Shown: positions 14,739-22,409 of the stretch, one piece after another
Layout: every line of letters starts with the position of its first letter
Numbering within the stretch: the first letter of the stretch is position 1
Assembly (NCBI RefSeq): GCF_000195755.1
Contig: NC_002937.3
Span: 960,001 to 992,000, forward strand
Reading direction: 5' to 3'
Source of the DNA: Nitratidesulfovibrio vulgaris str. Hildenborough
GTDB lineage: Bacteria > Desulfobacterota > Desulfovibrionia > Desulfovibrionales > Desulfovibrionaceae
Length of the DNA stretch: 32,000 bases
Program-made: the position numbers and the translations under genes
Notes under the pieces: model-generated
The model's database searches: none
Seen by the model: only the letters and a program-made list of their open reading frames with translations
What the model was told of the DNA's origin: nothing

Positions 14739-15079
14739 GCGCACCGGCTACCGCCGAGCAACTCTTCGAGACGTTGCGCAAGTTGCAGGAACCCAAGGGC
14801 TATCACTTCAATGCCGACATGGACATGACCATGTCGTTGCTCGAGAATCTCATCGCCACACGTGACAGGTACGGTTACATGGCCTGCCCGTGTCGCCTTG
14901 CCAATGGCACCTTCGCGCAGGACAGGGACATCGTCTGTCCCTGCGTGTACCGCGAGGAAGACGTGCGCGAATACGGGGCCTGCTTCTGCGGGCTGTATGT
15001 CTCACGCGAATGGAACGAGGGCAAGGTACCGCACGTATTCGTGCCGGAACGTCGGCCTCCGGAGAAAATATTCGGTTGA
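14735..15079 (+). CDS. Ferredoxin:thioredoxin reductase catalytic-subunit-like protein (FTRc / ferredoxin-dependent disulfide reductase family)
   Basis: 114-aa ORF with the six-cysteine pattern ACPCRL...VCPCVY...ACFCGLY (CPC...CPC...CxC), which is diagnostic of the FTR catalytic chain [4Fe-4S]/disulfide site. An AAGGAGG SD lies inside the preceding gene. Confidence 0.88.
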   Translation: MSAPATAEQLFETLRKLQEPKGYHFNADMDMTMSLLENLIATRDRYGYMACPCRLANGTFAQDRDIVCPCVYREEDVREYGACFCGLYVSREWNEGKVPHVFVPERRPPEKIFG

Positions 15080-15201
15080 GGTGCCGCGCCTGCATCGGCC
15101 CGGTGTCGCTGTCGCGGCGTGCCTGTGGCGTTTGCGTTGGGGGGCATCCGGCTGTTGTGCACGAGTCCGCCTGCATCTTGTCCGCTGGCGCCTGCCCGCC
15201 T

Positions 15202-15222
15202 GTGCCAGTCCGTGCCAGTCCG
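15202..15222. repeat. Perfect 10-bp tandem duplication (GTGCCAGTCC x2)
   Basis: Read directly: 15202-15211 equals 15212-15221, followed by GTTTTGCC. It shares the core TGCCAG(C/T)C with the 11-bp repeat at 11241. Confidence 0.9.
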
Positions 15223-15283
15223 TTTTGCCCCCTCCCGTCATGGCCGCCCTGTCTGCATCGTGTCAGCCTGGAGCTTTCGGAGT

Positions 15284-15329
15284 GCCCGCCCGTGTCTGGC
15301 CTTTGTCAACGCGGACGGGCCTTTTCGTC
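15284..15329 (+). terminator. Possible terminator for the grx-like/FTRc-like operon
   Basis: GCCCGCCCG (15284-15292) pairs with CGGACGGGC (15312-15320): 8 bp with one mismatch and a 19-nt loop, followed by CTTTTCGTC. The large loop and the 205-nt distance from the stop make this weak. Confidence 0.3.
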
Positions 15330-15520
15330 ATGGCGCGGGGCGTGGAGGGCGAGTGGTGACCGGATGGTGAGAGCGACCCGCAGGGGCAGGGCGTGACAGG
15401 GCACGGCATGTGCTGGAGGCAGAGGCGGCTTGCGCCCCGCAACGGGGATGCCCTGTGGCGTGGTGGCTACGCCCACGCCCGGCGGTTCCCGCATATCCGG
15501 CCCCCTCGGCCGCACGGTGG

Positions 15521-16309
15521 CTATTCCACGTCGAGCAGCGAGGCAGCGTTGGAGAGCAGTTCTTCCATCTCCGCGTCGCAGAAGCCGGTGCGCTGTTGCA
15601 GACGGTGGTACTCGTCCGCCGGGTCGTACAGGGGGTAGTCACTGCCGAAGAGGATGCGCTCACGCGGGTGTTTCGCAATGAAACCCTTGAGCGTGGCGTC
15701 GTCCATGAATTCCAGCGAGCTCGAGGTGTCCACCCACACCTTTCGTCCCGCCAGCGCATCCAGCGCGTACTCCCACTGCATGAAACCGCCGAAGTGGGCG
15801 GCGATGAAGCGGGCTTCGGGGAAGAGGTCGAGCAGGTTCGCAAGCTTGTAGGGGCAGGACGGGTTCTTTTCGGGGGGCAGTCTGTCGCCTATGTGGCACA
15901 GGAACACGAAGTCGCGTTGCGCTTCTTCGATGATGGGCAGAAGCCTCGGGTCGTCGAGCCAGAAACCCTGAAACTCGGGGTGCAGCTTGAGTCCCTTCAC
16001 CCCTGCGGCACGTAGCCTGTCGAGTTGGCTTTGCCAGTCGGTGCAGTCGGGGTGCAGCGTCCCGAAGGGGATGACCTCCGGGTGGCGGCCCAGTTCGACG
16101 GCAAAGGCGTTGGCGGGGATGACCTGCGCTTCGGCTGTGGCGGCGCACAGGACGACCACGCGGTCCAGCCCGGCACGGCGCGACCGCAGAAGCAGGTCGT
16201 CGAGCAGTCCGTTGCCGACGGGTTCGATGCCGTAGTGGTCTTCCAGCTTGGTGATGACTTTGGAGGCTATCTTCGGATGGAAGGCGTGAGTATGTACGTC
16301 GAGGAACAT
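15521..16309 (-). CDS. Metal-dependent amidohydrolase-family (TIM-barrel, amidohydrolase_2-like) protein
   Basis: 262-aa ORF starting MFLDVHTHAF (HxH metal motif at the first strand), with GVKGLKLHPEFQGF, a later AAHFGG, and FGSDYP near the C-terminus. Confidence 0.85.
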   Translation of the reverse strand: MFLDVHTHAFHPKIASKVITKLEDHYGIEPVGNGLLDDLLLRSRRAGLDRVVVLCAATAEAQVIPANAFAVELGRHPEVIPFGTLHPDCTDWQSQLDRLRAAGVKGLKLHPEFQGFWLDDPRLLPIIEEAQRDFVFLCHIGDRLPPEKNPSCPYKLANLLDLFPEARFIAAHFGGFMQWEYALDALAGRKVWVDTSSSLEFMDDATLKGFIAKHPRERILFGSDYPLYDPADEYHRLQQRTGFCDAEMEELLSNAASLLDVE

Positions 16310-16359
16310 GTTGTGGCGGATTACGGCAGGCGAGTGCTTGCGTCAAGTGTCGCGGGCGG

Positions 16360-16770
16360 CTACCCCATGAGTTCGCGCAGCCATGCGGGCACGGGTACGG
16401 GCCGCCCCTCGCGGTTGACGCAGGCGTGTTGCGTCATGCCGTCGGCAAGCAGCCTTTCACGCCCCTCGTCGCGGATTTCGTAGACGAAGGTCAGGGACGC
16501 CCGCCCCCATTCGCTGATGCCTGTCCGTATCCAGACCAGGTCGTCGAAGCGTGCAGGGCTGCGGTATCGGCACCGGGCCTCGCGGACGGGAAGCATGACG
16601 CCCCGTTCCTCGACAACGGCGTAGCTCATGCCCCGCGAGCGGATGCACTCGCTGCGGGCGCGTTCGAAGTAGTGCAGGTATTCGGCATAGTAGACGAGAC
16701 CCATCATGTCGGTCTCGCCATAGGAGACACGATGGGCAAGCCATGTATCATTGACGGGAAAGACAGCCAC
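16360..16770 (-). CDS. Acyl-CoA thioesterase, 4HBT (hot-dog) family, YbgC/FadM-like
   Basis: 136-aa ORF reading HRVSYGETDMMGLVYYAEYLHYFERARSECIRSRGMSYAVVEERGVMLPV, the typical 4HBT catalytic Asp region. The GTG start at 16770 is preceded by AGGAGG at 6-nt spacing. Confidence 0.88.
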   Translation of the reverse strand: MAVFPVNDTWLAHRVSYGETDMMGLVYYAEYLHYFERARSECIRSRGMSYAVVEERGVMLPVREARCRYRSPARFDDLVWIRTGISEWGRASLTFVYEIRDEGRERLLADGMTQHACVNREGRPVPVPAWLRELMG

Positions 16771-16824
16771 GAGAATCCTCCTTGCAACGCAGGGGTTCTA
16801 CTCCATAGCGCAGCATATGGCAAA

Positions 16825-18099
16825 GTGGCCCTTCAGGGGGGAAAGGTCTTCCGGGGGGGGCTGCGAAAACTGTGGCTGCTGGCTGTGCTGGTCGTGCCGG
16901 TCGCGCTGACCGCGCTGACCGGGTGCGCACGGCATGGGGCGCCGCCTGAGGGGACGGTGGTCTCCGTACCCCCGGCGACGGCGGATGAGGCACGTCCTGA
17001 CGCCACACCCGCCGTACCGTGGGTGGAACTTGAGGGCGACGCCGCACTTGCGGCGGCAGGGTCGCTGGATGCCTCGGGGCAGTCGCTGGCCTCATGGCGC
17101 GACATGGCACCGGCCATACGGCAGAGCATCGCCTACCTTGAGCGGAAGGACACGGATGGCGTGGCCCTCGACAGGGGCGGGTTGCGCCTCACATGGGGCG
17201 ACCTGCTGCGCGGGCAGCGCGTCCTGCTGGAAGTGTTGCCCCGTCTCGACACGGAACCGGGCTTGCTGGCCCGTCACTTCAGGTGGCTGCGCCTCGACCC
17301 GCCTGCCGCCTTCACCGGCTATTACGAACCGGTGCTGGATGCCGCACGTAAACCGTCCGGGGCCTTGCGCCAGCCTCTCTACCGTGTGCCCGATGACATG
17401 AAGAGCCTCGACCTTGGCCTCTTCAATCCCCGCTACGAGGGAATGCGCGTCACCTACCGCATCGAGGGAGGGCGTGCCGTCCCCTATCACGACCGTGCCG
17501 CCATCGACGGACGCGGGGCGCTCAGGGGGCGAGGCTACGAACTGGCGTGGGTCGACCCCGTCGACGCCTTCTTTCTTCAGGTGCAAGGGTCGGGGAGACT
17601 GCGTTACGCCGATGGCAGCACGACCCATGTCCTCTATGCGGGGCAGAACGGCAGGCCCTATGTCTCCTTGGGGCGCGTGCTGCGTGAGCGCGGGCACCTG
17701 CCTGCCGACGGGGTGAACATGGATGCCATCCGCGCATGGCTTGCCGCCCACCCCGAGCGCGCACAGGAGATGATGAACGCCAACCCCAGCTATGTCTTCT
17801 TCCGTCTTGCCAAGGACGGCCCCCTCGGCAGCATGGGGCGACCGCTCATGCCGTGGGTCAGTCTTGCCGTTGACAGGTCGGTGATACCCCTCGGGGCCAT
17901 CACGGCCTTTGCCGTGGACGTGCCGGGCGGCGGTGGTGCCGGGGCTGCATCGCTGCATGGACTGGGCCTTGCGCAGGATACGGGGGGGGCCATCAAGGGG
18001 CATCGCATCGACCTGTTCTGCGGTGCGGGCGAAAGGGCGAAGGCTGTCGCCGGGCATCTGGACGCCCGCGGGCAGGTCTGGTTGCTGCTGCCACGCTAG
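16825..18099 (+). CDS. mltA: Membrane-bound lytic murein transglycosylase A (lipoprotein)
   Basis: Carries a lipoprotein signal LWLLAVLVVPVALTALTGC (lipobox LTGC), MltA-domain sequence (FTGYYEP, YVSLGR) and the C-terminal 3D domain DTGGAIKGHRIDLFCG. The track ORF start at 16426 is antisense to the thioesterase gene and is rejected. The start is uncertain. GTG 16825 has no good SD. CTG 16861 would give a textbook MRKLWLL... signal peptide but is a rare start codon. Confidence 0.82.
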   Translation: MALQGGKVFRGGLRKLWLLAVLVVPVALTALTGCARHGAPPEGTVVSVPPATADEARPDATPAVPWVELEGDAALAAAGSLDASGQSLASWRDMAPAIRQSIAYLERKDTDGVALDRGGLRLTWGDLLRGQRVLLEVLPRLDTEPGLLARHFRWLRLDPPAAFTGYYEPVLDAARKPSGALRQPLYRVPDDMKSLDLGLFNPRYEGMRVTYRIEGGRAVPYHDRAAIDGRGALRGRGYELAWVDPVDAFFLQVQGSGRLRYADGSTTHVLYAGQNGRPYVSLGRVLRERGHLPADGVNMDAIRAWLAAHPERAQEMMNANPSYVFFRLAKDGPLGSMGRPLMPWVSLAVDRSVIPLGAITAFAVDVPGGGGAGAASLHGLGLAQDTGGAIKGHRIDLFCGAGERAKAVAGHLDARGQVWLLLPR

Positions 18100-18221
18100 A
18101 TGCCATACCTATGCCCCCGGTCGTGGAGTGAATGACATCCAGGCATTGTCGCGCGGCCTGTCTTCGGCGTGTGCGCTGCGTGGAACGGGATGATGGCGGC
18201 CACGGGTGGACGCATCCCCTG

Positions 18222-18252
18222 CTCTGGTTTTCGAGAACCGGGAGTCTTTTCC
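18222..18252 (+). terminator. Possible rho-independent terminator after mltA
   Basis: CTCTGGTT-TTCGAG-AACCGGGAG (8 bp including one G-U pair and one bulge), followed by TCTTTTCC. It lies about 120 nt after the mltA stop. Confidence 0.45.
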
Positions 18253-18396
18253 GGGGTGCCGCGCCCGAGGTGCACCTTCGAGTCCGGGCTTGGCGGCATG
18301 GGAACGGGGCAATCCGAGTCCATGCGGTGCGTTGCCATGGCGAGAGGCGGTGGGGTAAGGTCTGGAGCACGTCGAGAATCGGTTTCAGGAGTCCGC

Positions 18397-19902
18397 ATGT
18401 ATCGCATACTCATCGCCGACGACGAGCCTGTCGTACGCTACACGCTCGCACTCTATCTCGAAGATGCGGGCTACCGGGTGCTACAGGCTGGCACGGTACG
18501 CGAAGCACTCGACCTGTTCGATGCCGAGGGTGCCGACATCGCCTTCATCGACTGGCACATGCCGGGTGGGGGCGGGGCAGAGGCGTTGCCCCTGTTCGCC
18601 TCGCGCGCGCCCACGTTGCCTGTGGTGGTCGTCTCGGGCACCAACAACGTGAGCGATGTCATCCGGGCGTTGCAACTTGGCGCGTGGGATTTCATGACCA
18701 AGCCCATCGTCGACCTCGCCATGGTGGAACAGACGCTGGAACGTTGCCTTGTCAGGGCGCGGCTTCTGCGGGACGAAGGACGCCTTCGCGAACACCTTGA
18801 GGAGCAGGTGCTGCAACGTTCGCGCGAACTTGAGGAGGCCAACGCCCAGCTGCGCCGTGAGATAGCCGAACGGCGCGACTTCGAAGCGGCACTCGGCGAG
18901 AGCGAAGCCAGATTCCGCCAGCTTGTGGAGAACATCCACGAACTCTTCTGGGTGCGCGATGTGTTCACGTGGCGGCTGCTCTACATCAGCCCCGCCTGTG
19001 AGACCCTCTTCGGCGTCTCTCCCAAGCAGGTGATCGAAAAACCCGAGCTTCTGCATCACTTTCTCGCGCAGTCGAACCGCGAGAAGTTTGTGGAAGAGTT
19101 GTTGCAGACCGTGCGGGCGGGTGATGTCTTCGATGCCGAGGTGCAGGCGTGGGGGGCGCATGGTGATGATATGGTCTTGCGGGTGCGGGCGTTTCCCGTG
19201 CGTGATGCTGCGGGCCACATCTACCGTGTGGCGGGCGTCGCCGAGGATGTGACGCAGCGGCGGCAGGCAGAGCGTCGCATTCTCACGTCACTGCGGGAGA
19301 AGGAGATCCTGCTCAAGGAAGTGCACCACCGGGTGAAGAACAACCTGCAACTGGTGGTGAGCCTGCTCAACCTTCAGGCGTCGTCGGTGTACGATGTGCG
19401 CGACCGTGCGCTGCTTCTCGACAGTCGCAACCGCATCGCGTCCATGGCGCTGGTGCACGAGGAGCTCTACAGGTCCGACGACCTGTCAGGCGTCGATTTC
19501 GCCGACTACCTGCCACGTCTTGCCCGCAAGTTGCAATCTGCCTTCGTGATCGATGTGGAACTCGACCTTCAGCTTGACGTGGCTCCTGTCATGCTACCCG
19601 TGGACATCGCCATCCCCTGCGGGCTGATTCTCAACGAACTCATCGCCAACGCACTCAAGCACGCGTTCGCGGAACGTGGGCACGGCAGGCTTTCCGTGTC
19701 GTTGCAATGTCAGGGCGGGCGAGCCGTCCTCGCCGTGGCAGACGATGGCGTGGGGCTGCCTGCACCGTTCGAGGCACTCGGTGAGCGGACTCTGGGGGTG
19801 CAGCTGGTACGTAGCCTCGTGCAGCAGCTGGGAGGCGAGTTGCGGCAGCAACCCGGCCCCGGTGCGCACATCGTCATCTCGTTTCCCGTGGGGGAAGTCT
19901 AG
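18397..19902 (+). CDS. Hybrid signalling protein: N-terminal receiver (REC) - PAS - HisKA_2-type histidine kinase - HATPase
   Basis: REC: MYRILIADDEPVVRYTL...ADIAFIDWHMPGGGG...VVVVSG. A coiled-coil linker follows. PAS: SEARFRQLVENIHELFWV...VAGVAEDVTQRRQAE. Kinase: EVHHRVKNNLQLVVSLLNLQ (HisKA_2/HWE-like H box), then LNELIANALKHAF and DDGVGLP. ATG 18397 is preceded by AGGAG at 6-nt spacing. The track start at 18169 is rejected. Confidence 0.88.
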   Translation: MYRILIADDEPVVRYTLALYLEDAGYRVLQAGTVREALDLFDAEGADIAFIDWHMPGGGGAEALPLFASRAPTLPVVVVSGTNNVSDVIRALQLGAWDFMTKPIVDLAMVEQTLERCLVRARLLRDEGRLREHLEEQVLQRSRELEEANAQLRREIAERRDFEAALGESEARFRQLVENIHELFWVRDVFTWRLLYISPACETLFGVSPKQVIEKPELLHHFLAQSNREKFVEELLQTVRAGDVFDAEVQAWGAHGDDMVLRVRAFPVRDAAGHIYRVAGVAEDVTQRRQAERRILTSLREKEILLKEVHHRVKNNLQLVVSLLNLQASSVYDVRDRALLLDSRNRIASMALVHEELYRSDDLSGVDFADYLPRLARKLQSAFVIDVELDLQLDVAPVMLPVDIAIPCGLILNELIANALKHAFAERGHGRLSVSLQCQGGRAVLAVADDGVGLPAPFEALGERTLGVQLVRSLVQQLGGELRQQPGPGAHIVISFPVGEV

Positions 19903-19997
19903 CGCGGTTGCCGAGGTCGCGGACATGGCGGCAGGCAAGACCAGCCATGGGACAGGCAGGCGGCGGCTTGCGATGACCGAACCTCCCGGATGCGTCT

Positions 19998-21134
19998 TCA
20001 GTCTGCGAGGGCAAGGCGCACGAGTGTCGCCGCTGAATCGATTCGAATCCCGGTCCGGGCTGAGGCCGCTTCACTGAAGGTGGCAATGCCGTCTTGCGGG
20101 CCGTCCGGCTTGTGCAGGATGAACGGAACGGGGATGGCCATATGCCTGCCGGTCGCGCAATCTGTGGCGTGGTCGCAGGTGATGAGCAGCGTGGCATCCG
20201 GCAGTGCCATGTGAAGCGGGCCGACGACTTCCGCGTCGATGCGTTCGATGGCTCTTCTCTTGGCGACCCTATCTAGCGCGTGGGCATGCAGGTCCGGGGC
20301 TTCCACATGCAGGTAGACGACGTCATGCCCTGCGGCAAGGGCTATGGCAGCGCGAGTTTTGGCCCCAAGGTCGGTGTCGATGCCGCCCGTGGCCCCGGCG
20401 ATGGATGGGGCCGTCATGCCAAGTGCCAGCGCAAGGCCGCGTGCCAGAGGCACGCCACCAGCCAGTGCCCCCGTCTGCCCTGTCGTTTCGGCAAATCCGG
20501 GCAGGTCGGGCATGGTTCCCGCACCCCACGGCCATACGGCAAGGTCCATCCGGCTGCGTCTGAAAAGAACGTTCGCCTCCGTCATGGCGCGGGCCAGACG
20601 CGGGCAGTAGCTGTTCAGGTCGGCCTGCCCGGTGTCCGGCGTCATGCCGCATACGTCCTGCGGCCCGTCGCGCAGGACAGGCGGTTCAGTCCCCGCGCAG
20701 AGATGGCGAAACCCCTTGCCGCCCAGCAGGCTGTAGCCCTGTGTACCAAGCGCCCTGTCCAGCATTTTCCGGGCCGCAGTTTCTGTGGCGGCGTCAAGGA
20801 GTGGTGCCGGGTTGTAGTAGTTGCCCCGCGGGCCAAGACTGACAAGATTGAGTCGCCACACCGTCTCATGCGGGGCCACGGGGTCGCCTTGGGCGAGGGC
20901 CTCTACCGGGCCCCGTGCGATACTGGCAGCGGCTTCGCAACACAGCAGGGCCGAAAGTCCGGCCTCCGACCCCGGCACGGCCTCCGGCTGGATGACATGA
21001 CAAAGGCCCGCCACGGAGTGGCGGGCCAGAGTGTCGCAATGGGGCGTGTGTGCCGCTGCGAGGGGCGTGACCCCACCCGCCGGAGGCGGCGGGTCGGCCA
21101 TGCCGTCAATGATGCAGACGACAAGCTTCGCCAT
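19998..21134 (-). CDS. Cofactor-independent phosphoglycerate mutase-like metalloenzyme (apgM / alkaline-phosphatase superfamily); candidate non-canonical homoserine kinase
   Basis: The N-terminus KLVVCIIDGMADPP, TPHCDTLA, VPGSEAGLSALL and YLHVEAPDLHAH...KRRAIERIDAEVVGPL match the apgM-type metalloenzyme layout. ATG 21134 overlaps the hom stop (TGATG). GTG 21137 is the alternative start used by the track. Confidence 0.8.
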   Translation of the reverse strand: MAKLVVCIIDGMADPPPPAGGVTPLAAAHTPHCDTLARHSVAGLCHVIQPEAVPGSEAGLSALLCCEAAASIARGPVEALAQGDPVAPHETVWRLNLVSLGPRGNYYNPAPLLDAATETAARKMLDRALGTQGYSLLGGKGFRHLCAGTEPPVLRDGPQDVCGMTPDTGQADLNSYCPRLARAMTEANVLFRRSRMDLAVWPWGAGTMPDLPGFAETTGQTGALAGGVPLARGLALALGMTAPSIAGATGGIDTDLGAKTRAAIALAAGHDVVYLHVEAPDLHAHALDRVAKRRAIERIDAEVVGPLHMALPDATLLITCDHATDCATGRHMAIPVPFILHKPDGPQDGIATFSEAASARTGIRIDSAATLVRLALAD

Positions 21135-22408
21135 CACAGCACGCGGTAGCAGACCGGGTCGGCCGTGAGCAGACCGGCCTGACGAATCTGTTCGATGGCG
21201 TCGCTGATGGCGCGTGCCCCTGCCTCATGCGTCATGAACACCAGCGGCACGCCGCGCTTGTCCTGCCCCTTCTGGATGGCCTGTGCGATGCTGATGCCAT
21301 GGTCGGCCATGGCACCTGCAAGGTCGCGCAGTACGCCGGGGTGGTCGGGCACCATGACGCGAACGTAGTAGGCGCTCACCGCGTCGTCGGGTGGCAGGAT
21401 GCTGGCCTTGGGCGGCACCTGTCGCTGGAAGCCGGTGTTGTGCGGCGGGGTGGCGCGTGCCACCGCCATGAGGTCGGCAAGCACGCTGCTGGCCGTGGGC
21501 AGGCTGCCCGCGCCCTGACCGTGCAGGAAGACCGGCCCAACGGCGTTGCCTTCGATGCGGATGGCGTTGTACGCGCCGCCCACACGGGCGATGAGGTAGG
21601 TATGGCGCACGAGGGTGGGAAAGACCCCCGCTTCGAGTCTGCCGTCCACCTCACGCACCTGCCCAAGCAGCTTGATGCGGAAGCCGAATTCGCGAGCGAA
21701 CTCGATATCCATGCGGTCTATGCCGCGAATGCCCTGCACGGGCATCTCGGCGTAGGGGTATTCGAGCCCGTAGGCGAGACGGATGAGCAGCACCAGCTTG
21801 TGGGCCGTGTCGTGCCCGTCGATGTCGAGCGTGGGGTCGGCCTCGGCGTAGCCGAGTTCCTGCGCCTGCGCGAGGGCCGTCTCGAAGTCGAGCCCGGCAC
21901 TCGTCATCTCGGAGAGGATGTGGTTGGCCGTGCCGTTGAGGATGCCCACCAGCGAGGTGATGCGGTTGCCCGCGAGGCTCTCCTTCAGGGTCTGCACGAT
22001 GGGTATGCCCCCGGCGACGCTGGCCTCGTAGTACAGCCCCACCCCCTTCTCCTCTGCAAGGCGGAAGAGGCCGAAGCCGTCTTCGGCCAGCAGGGCCTTG
22101 TTGGCGGTGACCACATGCTTGCCGTTCTCGATGGCGCGCCGGATGAGTTCGCGCGGCTTTTCGATGCCGCCCATGAGTTCGACGAGCACGTCGACTTCAG
22201 GGTCGTCCGTAAGGACGGCGGGGTCGTCCGTGAGGCTGGCCCCGTCAGGCAGGTCACGCGGCTTCGAAAGGTCGCGTACCAGCACATGCTTCACCTGAAC
22301 GGCACGCCCCGTGCGCTCGACGATCCACTGGCGGTTCTCTTCGAGGACGCGCAAGAGGCCGCTGCCCACGGTGCCGCAACCGGCCATGCCGATGACCAGC
22401 GGTTTCAT
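21134..22408 (-). CDS. hom: Homoserine dehydrogenase (with C-terminal ACT domain)
   Basis: Reads MKPLVIGMAGCGTVGSGLLRVL (NAD-binding), with GGIPIV, LNGTANHIL, EADPTLDIDGHDTAHKL and a C-terminal ACT-like YYVRVMVPDHPGVLRDLAGAMADHGISI. ATG 22408 is preceded by GGAGAA. The track start at 22561 is rejected. Confidence 0.95.
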   Translation of the reverse strand: MKPLVIGMAGCGTVGSGLLRVLEENRQWIVERTGRAVQVKHVLVRDLSKPRDLPDGASLTDDPAVLTDDPEVDVLVELMGGIEKPRELIRRAIENGKHVVTANKALLAEDGFGLFRLAEEKGVGLYYEASVAGGIPIVQTLKESLAGNRITSLVGILNGTANHILSEMTSAGLDFETALAQAQELGYAEADPTLDIDGHDTAHKLVLLIRLAYGLEYPYAEMPVQGIRGIDRMDIEFAREFGFRIKLLGQVREVDGRLEAGVFPTLVRHTYLIARVGGAYNAIRIEGNAVGPVFLHGQGAGSLPTASSVLADLMAVARATPPHNTGFQRQVPPKASILPPDDAVSAYYVRVMVPDHPGVLRDLAGAMADHGISIAQAIQKGQDKRGVPLVFMTHEAGARAISDAIEQIRQAGLLTADPVCYRVL

Positions 22409-22409
22409 G

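Noticed and set aside
15202-15221. Minus-strand reading of the 10-bp repeat gives TGGCACGGACTGGCA, which resembles a sigma54 -24/-12 promoter.
   Set aside because: The GG-to-GC spacing is one nucleotide too short for sigma54. The putative transcript would run antisense into the FTRc-like gene with no downstream ORF.
15077-15370. The frame of the FTRc-like gene stays open for about 97 codons beyond its TGA stop, and the extension is Cys-rich. I considered selenocysteine or stop read-through, since Desulfovibrio-type organisms have Sec machinery.
   Set aside because: The extension is R/P/A/C-rich and uses many rare T-ending codons. It contains the 10-bp tandem repeat. The FTRc domain is already complete before the TGA. 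I see only a loose 6-bp GCCGCG/CGCGGC stem with a 23-nt loop downstream, not a convincing bacterial SECIS. A SECIS search and proteomics would settle it.
20036-20056. GATTCGAATCCCGG resembles a tRNA T-arm/T-loop (GGTTCGAATCC).
   Set aside because: It lies inside the apgM-like coding frame (encoding ...TGIRIDSAA...). There are no flanking acceptor, D-arm or anticodon-arm pairings.
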